From Lytechinus pictus (taxonomy: Eukaryota), in contig NC_087247.1 in NCBI RefSeq assembly GCF_037042905.1, forward strand, positions 34,472,001 through 34,536,000: 64,000 bases of DNA, read 5' to 3'. Both the position numbers and the translations under genes were made by a program. Shown here one piece after another: positions 52,901-64,000 of the stretch. Each line of letters starts with the position of its first letter. Position 1 is the first letter of the stretch. The notes beneath the pieces were generated by a model. That model saw only the letters and a list, made by a program, of their open reading frames with translations, was not told the DNA's origin and did no database searches.

Positions 52901-55900
52901 TCTACATAATCCGATGAAAAGGTCGCATGGACACAACTGCTTTAATCAGCCAGCGCCTTAAGACCGAGTTGCATCATATATTCAGCTCAGCATATGGAAC
53001 TATAAGTATCCAAAACACCTGCTAAAATTGCAGTACAAGAAAGCAATAAAGCAATGAGATCATAACTGAAATGAATAAGAATTTGTTAAAAAGGTCTAGG
53101 ATGATTTTGCAGATGGTTTTGGACAAGTTGTGAATTCTTCCCCCATTAAGTCCTGTACATGTGATGATACAACTCTGTAGATCTATGTATGTATGTACCT
53201 ACAGTAAGTAATCAATCAGTTCATCAGCTACACCCCAAAAGATAATTAATTAGATACACAATAGTGAAAAAAAAAATACCTAATTATAGTCATAAGCATG
53301 GCATTGGGTAAATGAATCAATGAAAGTGGGAAGCTCATGCACATGAAAATTAAATAAATTTTTAATAAAGTAATTATAGTAAAAAGCGACAAAAATGTAT
53401 GCCTAATCCTGCTTATTAGTAGAATTTTAATGTCTTCCCTGAAGGGGAAAAAAGTGAGATTTAATAATGGATTCAAATTTTGGTTACTTGTGTCATTGCC
53501 ACTTACATTTAACCAGTCTCCATCACTAGCAATTTTCAGAGAGGCATTAAAACCCAATCTTTTTTGTATTTTGAAGTTTTCAGATTATATAATTACGTTC
53601 TATCTGTGAGCACTTTTGACCTAATGTGAAAAGTGCAGTACAAGAAATAATAATTGTGCATCACATCACAAGGCACTAAACTTTACACAATCTTCAATAT
53701 CATTTCTGGAATTGGTTTATTCATCCAAGTAGATGGTTTACTATGCATTTTACAATTGCTTTCTTATTTAAAATACTCTCTACTTCAAACCTAATGTTGC
53801 TTACTCAGATACTTAATTTTTATCTTCGTGTAAATTATAGCTTTGGTCAAAATAAATGAAACCATGAATTTAGAAAAGGATATTCAAACTTTGAATGATG
53901 ATTTCAGTCCTGGTAAATGTATAGTGAGTGCAATTACATGTATGTGCATGTCCCCTATACTTCTGCTGAAGCATTATTATTGGATTAAATATACTGGGCT
54001 TGCAAGGATGAAAAACTTAAGGAGGGAGACTGCAGTTTGAGTTTAAAAAGGCAGTTTATAGTACACCTATTTCATGGACTAAGGAATATAAAAGTAAATG
54101 ATGAATTGAATGTATAGGAATGCATACCTACATCTTCACAATCATGTATTTAGATTTGAATTTCAGTGTTGATTGTACTGAGAGTTCTATACAACTTGTT
54201 TGTGTTTGAATTTAAAATGAAATTTTAGAGGTTTGATTCTGATAGTTTTTATCTACTGAAGATGTGAATATACCGGATGGAAATTACGAGAACTAAAACC
54301 ATGATGATATTTTTCTTTGAGGAGAAAAATGAGGAGAGAATGTTTCATATTGTGTTTTATTTAATGTGATACTATACACAAGGAAAGTGTGACATCATCA
54401 GCTCTCTCTTTTGCACACTGTCCATGTTTGGAAACTAAGCAAAAGTTTAAATTCAATGTCATGAGTAATTATTTATTTTCATTTTTTTAAGGCTCTTTTT
54501 TAAATTAAGTTTTCAGTGTTTCTTTTTTTCAATTTTCTTTCAAATTTTCTTGTCATTGCGATGATCTTTCAAGAACATACATTTAGTGTTCTATCTTACT
54601 TTGGTAGATTATTTTGCATATTTAACACCATCATCATGTCTGAAATCACAGTGTATAAGGGATAAGATTTGTCATGCTTTCATTAAATATTGTTTTCTCT
54701 TTTGTTTGATTTTAGTCAGTTACCAAGTGTGTGGAGATTGACAGCGCAGTGTGGAGGTAGAGGTGATAAGAGTAGTTCAGTATACCAACTCACATCAAGA
54801 CCTTTCATTGAGACTGAGAGTATCAACCAAACTACAGGTGGGTCAAAGCTTAATTATACTGTTACGATACTGCAACAAATAATGATAGGGATATGAAGAA
54901 AGAAAAGTTAATTCTCAAAGAGATTGTTACTATGGGTTGTGTTAGCGCAGAAGTAGGCTACAAATGAAAGCAAAATCAGGGTTATTTCTCCAGCATGTTG
55001 AGAGCAACCATTTACTACATTTTGCAGATAGACAGAAGAAACATGTTGAATTATAGAATCCAGGAAAATCATATTTAATTTTCATGTTTATTTTATGCTT
55101 TTTAACAGCTTGTACATACAGTTAATTTCTGAACTTAAAAAATGACAACCAACAAACAAATGAAGGGAGACTTGGAGTGTGAAGTGCCTACATGCTTAAC
55201 AGTTGAAATATCTTACACTGTTGTTACCATGGGGAATATGTGGGTGGGTTATTGTAGCTTGGTGATAAATACCATTTAACCTTTATACAAAGTTATATTT
55301 TCCTCACCTATTCAACCCATTGTCTGTTTGTTGTGTAAGAGCTCAGATTCATGAGCTTCATATTGTGTAACACAGATACCAGGGGGACCTAAACCTGACA
55401 TTGAGTTGATTAAAAAAACAAACAGTTAAACCCCCAAAACATGTAAGTGTAGGATTATTATTATTTTTTTAATATGTCAAAGTCAAAGAATAACAGTCAT
55501 AATTTTGTTTCGACAACAACGATAATAATAAAATGATACATAAAATTTGTATAGTGCTTTTTCCATCTTAATGAGATGCTCCAGGTGTTTCAGAGCTAAT
55601 AGGAGGGGAAAAAGACTTATATGTTACAGGTTCAAACTTCACAATGAATACATTATCTGTTGAAAGGCACCAGTGTAATTCTATGTCTTCAGGTTGAGCC
55701 TGAAGGTGTTTGCTGACATCTAGGTCTTCAAACTCTAGAAGAATTTTACAGGGTCGGCCCTGCATATGAGCAAAGGCCCACTCCCCATGATATTTTTGAA
55801 AACAGAAGTTGTAAAAGATACAAACCCTAAGGTTCGTGAGGGTTGGTAGTTATGATTCTAAGATTTAATGTAACTGGGGGAAGTTCTATTGACAATATGA

Positions 55901-57880
55901 AAGACTAAAAGAAGTATTTTGAAGACGATGCGTTTTCTCAGGGCCAGCCGGTGAAGTCTTCACTGTTTTGTGACAGACAAGTAAGAGAGAGTACACATGT
56001 AGTTGCCTGTGATGAAAGAAAAAAAAGTAAAAAGAATAACTTTTTCTATTATCCATCAGATTTTTGCAAATTCTTCACCTTTATGCTTCTTTTATTTTTA
56101 TCTCGTCTAGCAGAGTGAAACTAAAGGCACCATTTTTCTGATGGCGCCTTTTTCTGAAGTTTTTACATAGTAGCTTTATGCAAACCAACATGAAATAATG
56201 AAATGTAATCTAACATCATGAGTAGACAGACAAAGCACATATCGATTGTTGCTTGGAAACAGATCTGTCTGCAGTCAGAATGCCAATTTTGCTAATTCTT
56301 GCAATCCGATCAAATGTATTGAAAAAGGGTCGGCCTGAACACAGCCCTGTAAGTGGAAAAAACTGAGGATTCTAACCACTTCAATGCTTAACCTATGAAA
56401 GATATCAAACAAACTTTACTGTATTAACATATTTATATGATTTACTACATTAATGACATGGGATAGATGGTTTAAAAATTAAGCAGTTAAATTTCCTTTG
56501 TCCATGCAAGAGTTTGGGACCTGTATGCTGACTGGTCATTTTGCTTGATTCTGTTTGAATTCACCTTTTTTTACCACTACTGGAATTAATTTTCAGTTCA
56601 ATGTTCAAAGGGTCCTCTTTAAAGAAACAAACTCCTTTAGGGTGATTTACATATCCAAAAATGCAAATTCAATTTCTTGCAAATAATTAACAGATAAAAA
56701 CAATTCAAAGGCTACTACACTTATTAAAGATTAGAATGTTACATGATCCTTGAGGATGATTTGTATTATTGACCCCTTATCAAAGTTTCATAACTCTTAT
56801 TGACAAAGAGTTTGCTCTGTTGGCTATCTTTATTTCATATTGATTCGAACAATCGCATTTCTTTGTTAGATGAGTGCACTGGATATAATTTCTTAATTTT
56901 TATTTCATGTCACCTTTTATTCATCTCGTCCCTGATTCCAATATCCTGTATTATCTCTTTTCTAGTATTATATTTCTTATTTCAGAACCATAGGCTGTAT
57001 AGAATTTCTGCTTAAGAAATCATGGTGATTGGTGAATATGAGCTTTTGGCTCTTTTGACAACTCAGAAATGCTTGAAGAGTAATTTTCTATTGAAAAATA
57101 CCATAAAAAACTATCAGTTTATTCAATAGATCATGATGCTTAACACTATTTCCCTGTTGCCTCACAATGCTCTCAGCTGTGAAAGACTGTATTGACTGAA
57201 ATGTATTCCAGTTTTGAATGACCCTGTATTGTACAACACTGGAACAGCAACAGTAGGGATGCAGTCCTTCACATTTTCCTGGAGAATAAGTCATAATAAA
57301 GACAGTAAGAAACATGGATGAAGGGGGGTAACCTTTGCTCACAAACTCCCTCTGAAACTTTGTTCTTATTGAATACTTCTTATTGTTTTAATCAAGCATA
57401 TCTGTTACCATAGTTTGCTTCCTGTCATTTGGGGGAATAGTAACCCCTACAAAAAGGTAAGTGTTTTAGTGCAGGTCTTTGCTTTTAATAGAGAGAGAGA
57501 GAAGGGGGGGGGGGGCACTTGTTTAAAGAGACATTTTGATTGTACTAACTCAAAAAGTAAAGGCCTATTATTATTTTAAATGTATCAGCTTTGCATTTTA
57601 TCAATACTATATGAAAAATTTTCTTTAATTTTCCCTTTTCCTTTTTCTTGTGGCATTTTTTTAAAGTCATGACAAAATTACAGACGTACCTGTTTTTTAA
57701 TCATAAATATTATTATGAGTAGTACGTTATATTCCACCCTCTCTCTCTCTCTTCCTAGAAATGACCATGACTAAAGAAAGTGATGATCAGGAGCCATTCC
57801 ACTACTATGTGACACAGATGAAAAGAGACCTTGAGCCATTTGTGCCCGTCACTGATTTTGAGACCAACCAGAATGTATGA
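28948..57880 (+). CDS. ZWILCH: Protein zwilch homolog (RZZ kinetochore complex), 14 coding exons, 613 aa
   Basis: join(28948..28994,32600..32753,33605..33747,34394..34602,35671..35747,35972..36133,37124..37195,37383..37502,38375..38566,39153..39306,40062..40233,41690..41785,54716..54837,57759..57880) = 1842 nt, open, GT-AG. Zwilch-like blocks: LPLWILCDGKDPE, GFARYE, RSDLDFTERLW…RGEIQPMVH, EIAIDKLQRDY, HTFVLPV…PSVWRL. Confidence 0.9.
29560..30530 (-). mobile_element. 5'-truncated non-LTR retrotransposon (CR1-group LINE), RT C-terminus and 3' tail
   Basis: Minus strand: VRLFADDCLLYRTIKS…WGMRFNATKC, LKWTPHIS…ANSILGLLRRNL, then ORF 29635..30147 …WNHLP; frameshift at ~30120; (ATCCAG)n tail at 29560-29577. 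Confidence 0.9.
32600..32753 (+). CDS. ZWILCH: Zwilch exon 2
   Basis: Strong polypyrimidine acceptor, open frame, donor GTAAGA. Confidence 0.8.
33605..33747 (+). CDS. ZWILCH: Zwilch exon 3
   Basis: NDTSQH…LLSVEDAR. Confidence 0.85.
34394..34602 (+). CDS. ZWILCH: Zwilch exon 4
   Basis: NILTMY…LPLWILCDGKDPERTSLIGCE. Confidence 0.9.
35471..35617. mobile_element. Palindromic MITE (Harbinger-like); a second copy lies at ~63216-63325
   Basis: gttgcataaaagttaccattatagtaacttt…aaagttaccataatagtaacttttat. Confidence 0.6.
35671..35747 (+). CDS. ZWILCH: Zwilch exon 5
   Basis: PISSKSDVPTLHQVLLEAHEDSASK; phases fit. Confidence 0.8.
35972..36133 (+). CDS. ZWILCH: Zwilch exon 6
   Basis: FISSQGFARYEV…ECTWNQVKKILERP; donor could be 3 nt earlier. 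Confidence 0.85.
37124..37195 (+). CDS. ZWILCH: Zwilch exon 7
   Basis: LICAVPGDMRFTPLEVYKELCLLK. Confidence 0.87.
37383..37502 (+). CDS. ZWILCH: Zwilch exon 8
   Basis: MFADSIETGEVNW…. Confidence 0.88.
38375..38566 (+). CDS. ZWILCH: Zwilch exon 9
   Basis: RSDLDFTERLWNIL…RGEIQPM. Confidence 0.92.
39153..39306 (+). CDS. ZWILCH: Zwilch exon 10
   Basis: VHSSNETSLAK…EIAIDKLQRDYTNFFL. Confidence 0.92.
39638..39930. repeat. ~148-bp imperfect tandem duplication in Zwilch intron 10
   Basis: ttaagtgcagaagata…aagaagttacta occurs twice. Confidence 0.9.
40062..40233 (+). CDS. ZWILCH: Zwilch exon 11
   Basis: QKLTTLYSLEWF…LRSLHCILE. Confidence 0.9.
41690..41785 (+). CDS. ZWILCH: Zwilch exon 12
   Basis: NALEYYRDNSPDVQHTFVLPV. 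Confidence 0.9.
41821..42046. mobile_element. Tc1/mariner-type MITE (TACTGTAAA…TTTACAGT)
   Basis: Terminal inverted tactgtaaa / tttacagtg with internal ttttgcgg / ccgcgaa. Confidence 0.55.
43650..44715 (+). mobile_element. 5'-truncated L2/CR1-group LINE with an internal 80-bp duplication and (TAT)n tail
   Basis: YHVYADDIQ…NKLKLNSCKTEF (ORF 43721), LHWLPV…RLWNKLP…FKKHLKTHL (ORF 44300), agcgct stem-loop then tattattat. Confidence 0.92.
44828..44905 (+). mobile_element. tRNA-like SINE head
   Basis: Box A gtggtttagtgg and box B gttcaaatccc, but no complete cloverleaf. Confidence 0.55.
46393..46501. mobile_element. 109-bp hairpin hAT-type MITE with 8-bp TSD GCTGCATG
   Basis: ~45-bp inverted arms (tgggcgtcagcgcagaggattatct / agataatcctctgcgctgatgccca); TSD at 46385-92 and 46502-09. 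Confidence 0.85.
46965..47120 (-). mobile_element. L2-like LINE 3' remnant
   Basis: FKSSLKTHLFQ* followed by a stem-loop and (cat/tat)n tail on the minus strand. Confidence 0.6.
47759..48358. mobile_element. Kolobok-like MITE (TTAA|AGGACAAGTCCACCCC … GGGGTGGACTTGACCT)
   Basis: Terminal inverted repeats with TTAA on the left and ttcaa on the right. Confidence 0.75.
49256..49480. repeat. ~110-bp imperfect tandem duplication
   Basis: gcattatt.gaagagcattccttttcctcatta…cacaactggaatattga occurs twice. Confidence 0.85.
54716..54837 (+). CDS. ZWILCH: Zwilch exon 13
   Basis: QLPSVWRLTAQ…VYQLTSRPF; phase 2 matches exon 12. Confidence 0.85.
55520..55970 (-). mobile_element. Highly decayed L2-like LINE 3' end
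   Basis: Minus strand LHRLALRKRIVFKILLLVF resembles the LHWLP…RIxFKILLL motif; (tta)n-like tail near 55525. Confidence 0.5.
57759..57880 (+). CDS. ZWILCH: Zwilch exon 14 (stop)
   Basis: (ct)n-cttcctag acceptor; …FHYYVTQMKR…NV*. Confidence 0.8.
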
Positions 57881-59570
57881 AAAAATATCTACAAACCTGA
57901 AATCTTCCTTTCAAATGGACATCTATTGCACGGTTCTGTAGTAGGGCATTGATAAATGATGCATCTATCCATTACCTACTGGAACGTAGTGGTACACCTG
58001 AACAAAGGAAAGTTTGACAAAACTCAGTAGTTCAGGCTCAGATGGTCACGACAAGAGCTTTGTGAGGGGCTACACTGTACCAAGATTTTGAGACACTGTC
58101 CCATAAATGCTATAGTTTGCACTGCAGGTGGACCCCGCCCCCTTCCTTGTTTGTGGGAAGTAGTCTGAATTAGCAGCCGCAATGAACTATAAAACAGGAC
58201 TGCACTGAAGGCTCAACCTTACTATTATGGGTAAGTTGTAATAAGTGCTAGACTTGTCTCATGACCCACCTGTTGATGAAAGTGTCAATCAGGGTCTGTG
58301 TCTATAGACTATACATGCCTCTCATTGCAAGCACCCCTCCCTCATCTGATTGACCTGATGGAAATCTCCCACCCTCTGAAGATGTTCATAATATTTCAAC
58401 ATCTAATGCTGTTAGCTCTTAGAAAATGAACTTATTTGTACATTACTACAAATGCAATTGTTTTCCTGTAATATTTGGGTTGAAAAAGAAAAGGATTTGT
58501 CATGTAAGTTAAACTTACCAAAGCAAATATAATTTGAGAATCTTGATGAGGGATCATTCCTCTAAAAACACAGTTTAGCAGTTGATTGTGCAATAGAATT
58601 TTGGATTATCTGCACATAATTATCAATACGGTCTGTCGTCACTCTGATTAGTTTGTGATGCTTTGTGTATTAAACAGTGCGAAATGTTCTGATATACCTA
58701 GGGCCATTTTATGAAGTGGTCTGTCAGTTACTTAGTACACACAACTTCTCTCATGTCTTCTTTCATTAGCCTTGTGCTAGTTGATACAACCCAAATATTC
58801 CCAGTGAGTTTATAACATAGTGGAGGTGAATTTTCTGTTCCCGTAATCATGTTTGGGAAATAATTGTAGCTTTTTACATTCAGATGCTTATTAAACAATG
58901 AGAATTTTAATCTTGCATGTAAGTGATCTGATTTCAACTTTAACAGATATTAAAAAATAAAATGATTAAAGATATTAAAAATAATTGAGAGTCCAATATA
59001 TTATATGTGTCATGTTGTAGTTGTGAGTCACTGATAAAAACAGATTCACTTGGGCCTGATGGATTCTAATAATAGGTTTCATGCAAGAGGGGTATAATGT
59101 AAGGTTGCATTATCACTTAGGTTGTATTTGATTGCTAAGTTATGATGCAGTATAATTTTTTCTCAACTTGCAAGATGGCCTCTAAAAGATTTTCAAATGT
59201 GATTACAATTTCATGAATTTGAAGATACAGAATAAATATAGTGAGAGCATCTAATGATAGGTCAATTTCTTTCTTTCTTTGTCAGGAATAGTGTAATTCA
59301 TAATGAGAGTATTTAGAATCCAACCCAAATAAACAGTTGTATCATGGAGCTATTAGGGGACAAAAATCAGACCAATAGGTAGGTGAATTTTTTATCAACA
59401 CTAACAAACAAAAAGAAATTTATGAATGTTTAAAGGTGTAAAAATTGATATTCACACCTACATGTATGGGGACTTCAAATCGGCCCCATTCGTGATGTCA
59501 TAGTGATGTAAGGCAAGTACTACTCTTCCATTTACTCCAATACATAAAATGTCTAAAATGTCATGTTTTT

Positions 59571-60295
59571 GTCTCGCCTGCATAGCAGAGCGAGACTATA
59601 GGCGCCGCTTTTCTGACGGCGGCGTCGTCAACATGGAAATCTTAACCAAGGTTAAGTTTTTGAAATGTCCTCATAACTTAGAAAGTATATGGACCTAGTT
59701 CATAACTTTGAAATTTTATGGATCTAGTTCATGAAACATAGACATAAGAGCAATTAAGTATCCCTGAACATCCTGTGTGAGTTTCAGGTCACATGACCAA
59801 AGTCAAAGGTCATTTAGGGTCAACGAACTTTGATAATGTTGGGGGTATTTGTGGAATTATCATCATAACTTTAAAAGTTTATAGGTCTAGTTCATGAAAC
59901 TTGGACATAGGAGTAACCATGTATTCCTGAATATTCTGTGTGTGTTTCAGGTCACATGACCAAGATCAAAGGTCATTTAAGGTCAATGAATTTTGGCCAT
60001 GTTGGGGGTATTTGTTGAATTGGCATCAGAACTTATATGGATCTACACATGTACATCTAGTTCATGAAACATCGATATATCATATAAGGGTACTCAAGTA
60101 TGAATGATTGTTTTGCACATGTCTTAGGTCACATGATCATAGTCAAAGGTCATGTTGGGTCAATAGACATAGTATATAATTATCATATGAGTGTTTTGTT
60201 TTGTTAGTAATTATTCAATAGCTGTTTTCAAAGTCAGCACTGCTGCTATATTGAATCGCGTAATGCAGGCAAGACAGCCAGAGGCGTTCCACTTG
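59571..60295 (+). mobile_element. Uninterrupted Helentron-like non-autonomous element
   Basis: ttttt|GTCTCGCCTGCAT…core repeats…ATGCAGGCAAGAC agccagaggcgttccacttg|ttt. Confidence 0.8.
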
Positions 60296-60864
60296 TTTAA
60301 AGTTTAACTTTAATTTATGTTTTTCTTTCATGATAACATCCAGCGGTATGCTACCTGTGTAATATTCTGATTACTGGCCGAGGGAATAGGTACTTAGGAG
60401 AATGCCACAAATTCTTGATAAAACATGATCTCTGGTGAGATTGTCCCTACCATTTCTCATAATTTATTTACCCAGTTGCCAATTTTAAAATTCACATTCA
60501 TGTAGTCTTAGTCTTTTCAATTTAAGACAGCCATAAATTTCCTAATGGTTGTCCGAATTCTTTCAAACTTTCACCACTCTGTTTTACTTTTTTCCTTGCT
60601 CACACAACAATTTACGAACAAGGTTGGATTCCTGTAAAGGGTTTTTTTTTCGAGGCAGGCGACAACGAAAGCAAGACAATATGAAATTACTTGATTCTGT
60701 GTTTGTTTTAGAGGAGTTTCAAACTGGTGGAATTATGGATTGATTGTATTGAATCTTTAAAACAAAATTTAAAAAATAGTATAATTACTATTTGTATGTG
60801 AAATTTGAAATAACTCAGTCATGATGCAAATTTTTTTTTTGAAGATAAAAGTTGTAGATAGTTT

Positions 60865-61052
60865 CAGGGGCGGATCCAGGATTTTTCCAAGGAAAACTTT
60901 GACAAGCAAAAAAAAAAGGTCTTCACTTTCAAAGTGCGGGGGGGGGGGGGGGGGCACACTTCTGTTTTAATGGCATTTAAAATTGTGCCTCTCAAAGGGG
61001 GGGGGGGCAAAGCGGGCCCGTGCTTTGCCCCCCCCCCCTGGATCCACCAGTG
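60865..61052. mobile_element. G-run hAT-type MITE (CAGGGGCGGATCCAG…CTGGATCCACCAGTG)
   Basis: TIRs with degenerate 8-bp flanks gatagttt / gataggtc. Confidence 0.75.
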
Positions 61053-62529
61053 GATAGGTCCAAGGTGACAACCAAATTTAAGGTCTGACTTTTTGAAAAT
61101 TGTCTGAGAATTGGAAGTGGGAAGGTTTGCACAATGATTGCATTGTCTGACTGCAACGGCATCACAAATTGTCACAGAGATTAAGTAAAGTTTTTCCTCG
61201 TAACACATCATGTATGTACATTGAAATTACTGAGTGTGAATTAATTTACAAAAAACTGAAGAAAAAAATGTTTGGTTTCTGGTAGAATTAAGGTATTGAA
61301 AAATGGAAAAGTACATGTATGATGTATAAAGACTTGAGATATATTCAATTTTTCACAAATGTTTCAAATTGTTGTACATGTATATATTTTTTAATTGATT
61401 CACCAGTACACATTATGTTTATAGGTTGATCCATGTTTATATTAAGTTTGTAAATATTCATAGAAATATATATTTATAATCATGTATTGCAAATGCATCG
61501 GGATTAAATATTGGTATGTTATTTTAATTGTAGAGCTGAACATATCAATTATGATATCTCATGCTTGTGAGAGTATATCTTGCCTATATTTCTGCATCAA
61601 GTAATTGAGTGGAATCAGGACCTTGACATTTTGTTTTCTTCTCATAATGTTTATCATCTTCCTTTTCTCATTAATAATTCATTAATTTCCACGTTAAAGG
61701 AACACCATGTAATTTATAATTCATGTATTTCATTGAACATAATTGATATGTATTGTACTAATTCTCTTCACCAAATAAGAAAGATAACATGTAGGTCTAC
61801 AAAATTGGTTGATGTTTATACATGCAAATACAATTTTCTTGAACATGATATCATTAGTAGCTCTGTGTAAATTTTCTTAAATGAAGATAAAAAATGCAGT
61901 GGCTTTGAAAAGCAAGGATAATGAATGCCCAGATGGGAATGATTTTTCTTCTTAAAAGTGTTTGAATAAATCGGTGAAGTGATCAGTACGTCTAATTCAT
62001 TAAACTGTTGATAAACATTTATTACATTGGTAGCCAAGCTCTCATCACCTGACTTTGACTCCATATTACAACAATGGGTATAAAAGTTCAAATAATTCAT
62101 CTTGCCTTGCTCTCGATGCATGGAAAAATGATAAGAGAACTGTAAGTCAAGTGTATCATGAAACCAGAAGCGTTTAATGCTCACAACTTGTACAAAAAAA
62201 AATCACAACATGCATACAGAGGGGTATTATAAAGGAGGTTTTACAAAAATATATAAAGTAGCATTTTATTGCAAAACTCACAACAGACAATCAAGATCAT
62301 TGGTTCAGCTCCTTATGGTACTTAGTACAATGAGTATTAGTAATTTGCATTTGAAGTTGAATTCGGTTGTGAAAGCAAAAGGGATTATTTTTAACTGATC
62401 AATAATTGTTTCATATTATTAGGAGTGGGCTATAAATGGGTGATTTTGGGTTTTACTGTGGCAACGTTTTTTTTGTGTTCCTTTTACCTTATCTCAACAT
62501 GAAATGACAATTTTTTGTCTCGGGTCCAA

Positions 62530-64000
62530 TAAAAAAGTGTGCCAGGCCAAAATCCAACATGGCCGCCAAAACCCCCCAAAATCACATGTTTGGCCACAAC
62601 TTTTTTATTTGGTGGTCTTTTTCTCTGGTTTTGGTGTCTATTCATATGTTTTTGGGGGCGGGTAATTTGTTTTTCCTAAAATTAGTACTTTTAAATCATT
62701 ATTTGTAGAGTTATAAGGTGATTTTACTTAAATTTACTTTCAAAGCCTTTTTTTAGCCAAAAAGCAGGTTTCATCGTCTTGTAGTTCTTGGATATTAGAT
62801 GATACCAGTAGCTATATCCTTTATTCCTCTAAATTGGGGTTTACGGATATTTGCGAAATATATCTTATCAAATAAAAAGAAAATGTCATTTATCCATAGG
62901 GGTAATACTGTATACAATGCACTGTACATACTACACTGCATATATCCATGCATTGCCCACCATGACATATGACAAGGTCTGTATGCTATAAACTACTATA
63001 GTGTCATAGATGTGAACTCCTGAGGTTTAGAATTAGATTGTGAATTTGATTGCTTGTCAGCTGATGTACATGATGAAACCAGATGTAACGTAAATTGCAC
63101 ATAATAACACATGTATATCATATACGTACATCACATTTTTAGCCATATCTTCTTCATTTGGAGGTTTTTTTTACCTGGTTGTGGTGTCTAACCAGCCTAG
63201 GTTTATGGGGTCAGGTAACTATCATGGTAACGCTGATCAACAGCCAATCTGAATCAAGGATTCCTTGCAAGTTACCTTTGGATGGCAAAGTTAACATAAT
63301 GGTAAATTTTTATGCAACGGGCCCAGAATAGCTACAGTGTATTATGCCATAGTGTGAGGTTGACTATAATCCATTGTTATTGATAAATACCTCTCTCCGC
63401 CCCTGAATTAGCAAATTTGACAAAGCATGTCTTCAATTTCTGAGACTAAACATATCTTCAATTTCTGAGGCATCTAATTCTAAACATAAGAGCTCATTTC
63501 TAGGACACTATAATTTATATACATGCCTTGTTAATGTCATGGTGGTCAATGCATGGACATACATGTATGCAGTGCAGTATGTACAGTACATTGTATACTG
63601 TATAGCCCCAGTAGATAATTGGCTTTTTTTTTTTTTTAATAAGATATATTTCGCAAATATCCGTAAAACCCAAAGTGGAGGAATAAATGCAATATAGCTA
63701 TATCAATTTGCTTGCTATTGTTGAACTCGTATCATCTATAAATATCCAAGACCCCTGGATGATGAAACCTACTTTTTGGCTGAAAAAAGGCTCTAAAAAT
63801 TTGTAAATTTAGGTAATATTTCCTTTTAACTCTATAAATAATGGTTTATAAGTACTACTTATAGGAAAAGCAAATTGCCTGCCCCCCCCCAAAAAAAAAA
63901 CATATGAATAGACACCAAAACCTGAGAAAAAGACCACCAAATAAAAAAGTTGTGGCCAAAACCGATTTTGGCGGCCATTTTTTATTTTTGCCCGGCACAA
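62530..64000. mobile_element. Foldback/long-TIR element; right end lies beyond the window
   Basis: 62540-~63010 is the reverse complement of ~63500-64000 (ttggccacaacttttttatttggtggtc / gaccaccaaataaaaaagttgtggccaa). Confidence 0.8.

Overview
AT-rich animal genomic DNA; the repeat landscape suggests a marine invertebrate, probably a sea urchin (inference). Two intact spliced genes lie on the + strand and were assembled by hand from GT-AG sites and reading-frame phase. One is a 10-coding-exon SLC25A39/40-type mitochondrial carrier (CDS 12100-23786, 347 aa). The other is a 14-exon Zwilch kinetochore RZZ-subunit gene (CDS 28948-57880, 613 aa) with an E2F-like promoter. The first ~11.3 kb is a ~3.78-kb tandem macro-repeat made from a dead, intron-containing DDE/CxxH transposase gene, with a ~7.56-kb higher-order period. 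Introns are full of transposable elements, including a nest in SLC25A40 intron 6 (a Helentron-like non-autonomous host containing a 1.46-kb foldback element and a 2.2-kb CAG-ended element), two 5'-truncated LINEs, SINEs and MITEs. A candidate spliced antisense transcript is nested in the 12.9-kb Zwilch intron. No prokaryotic systems, CRISPR arrays, rRNA or true tRNA genes were seen.
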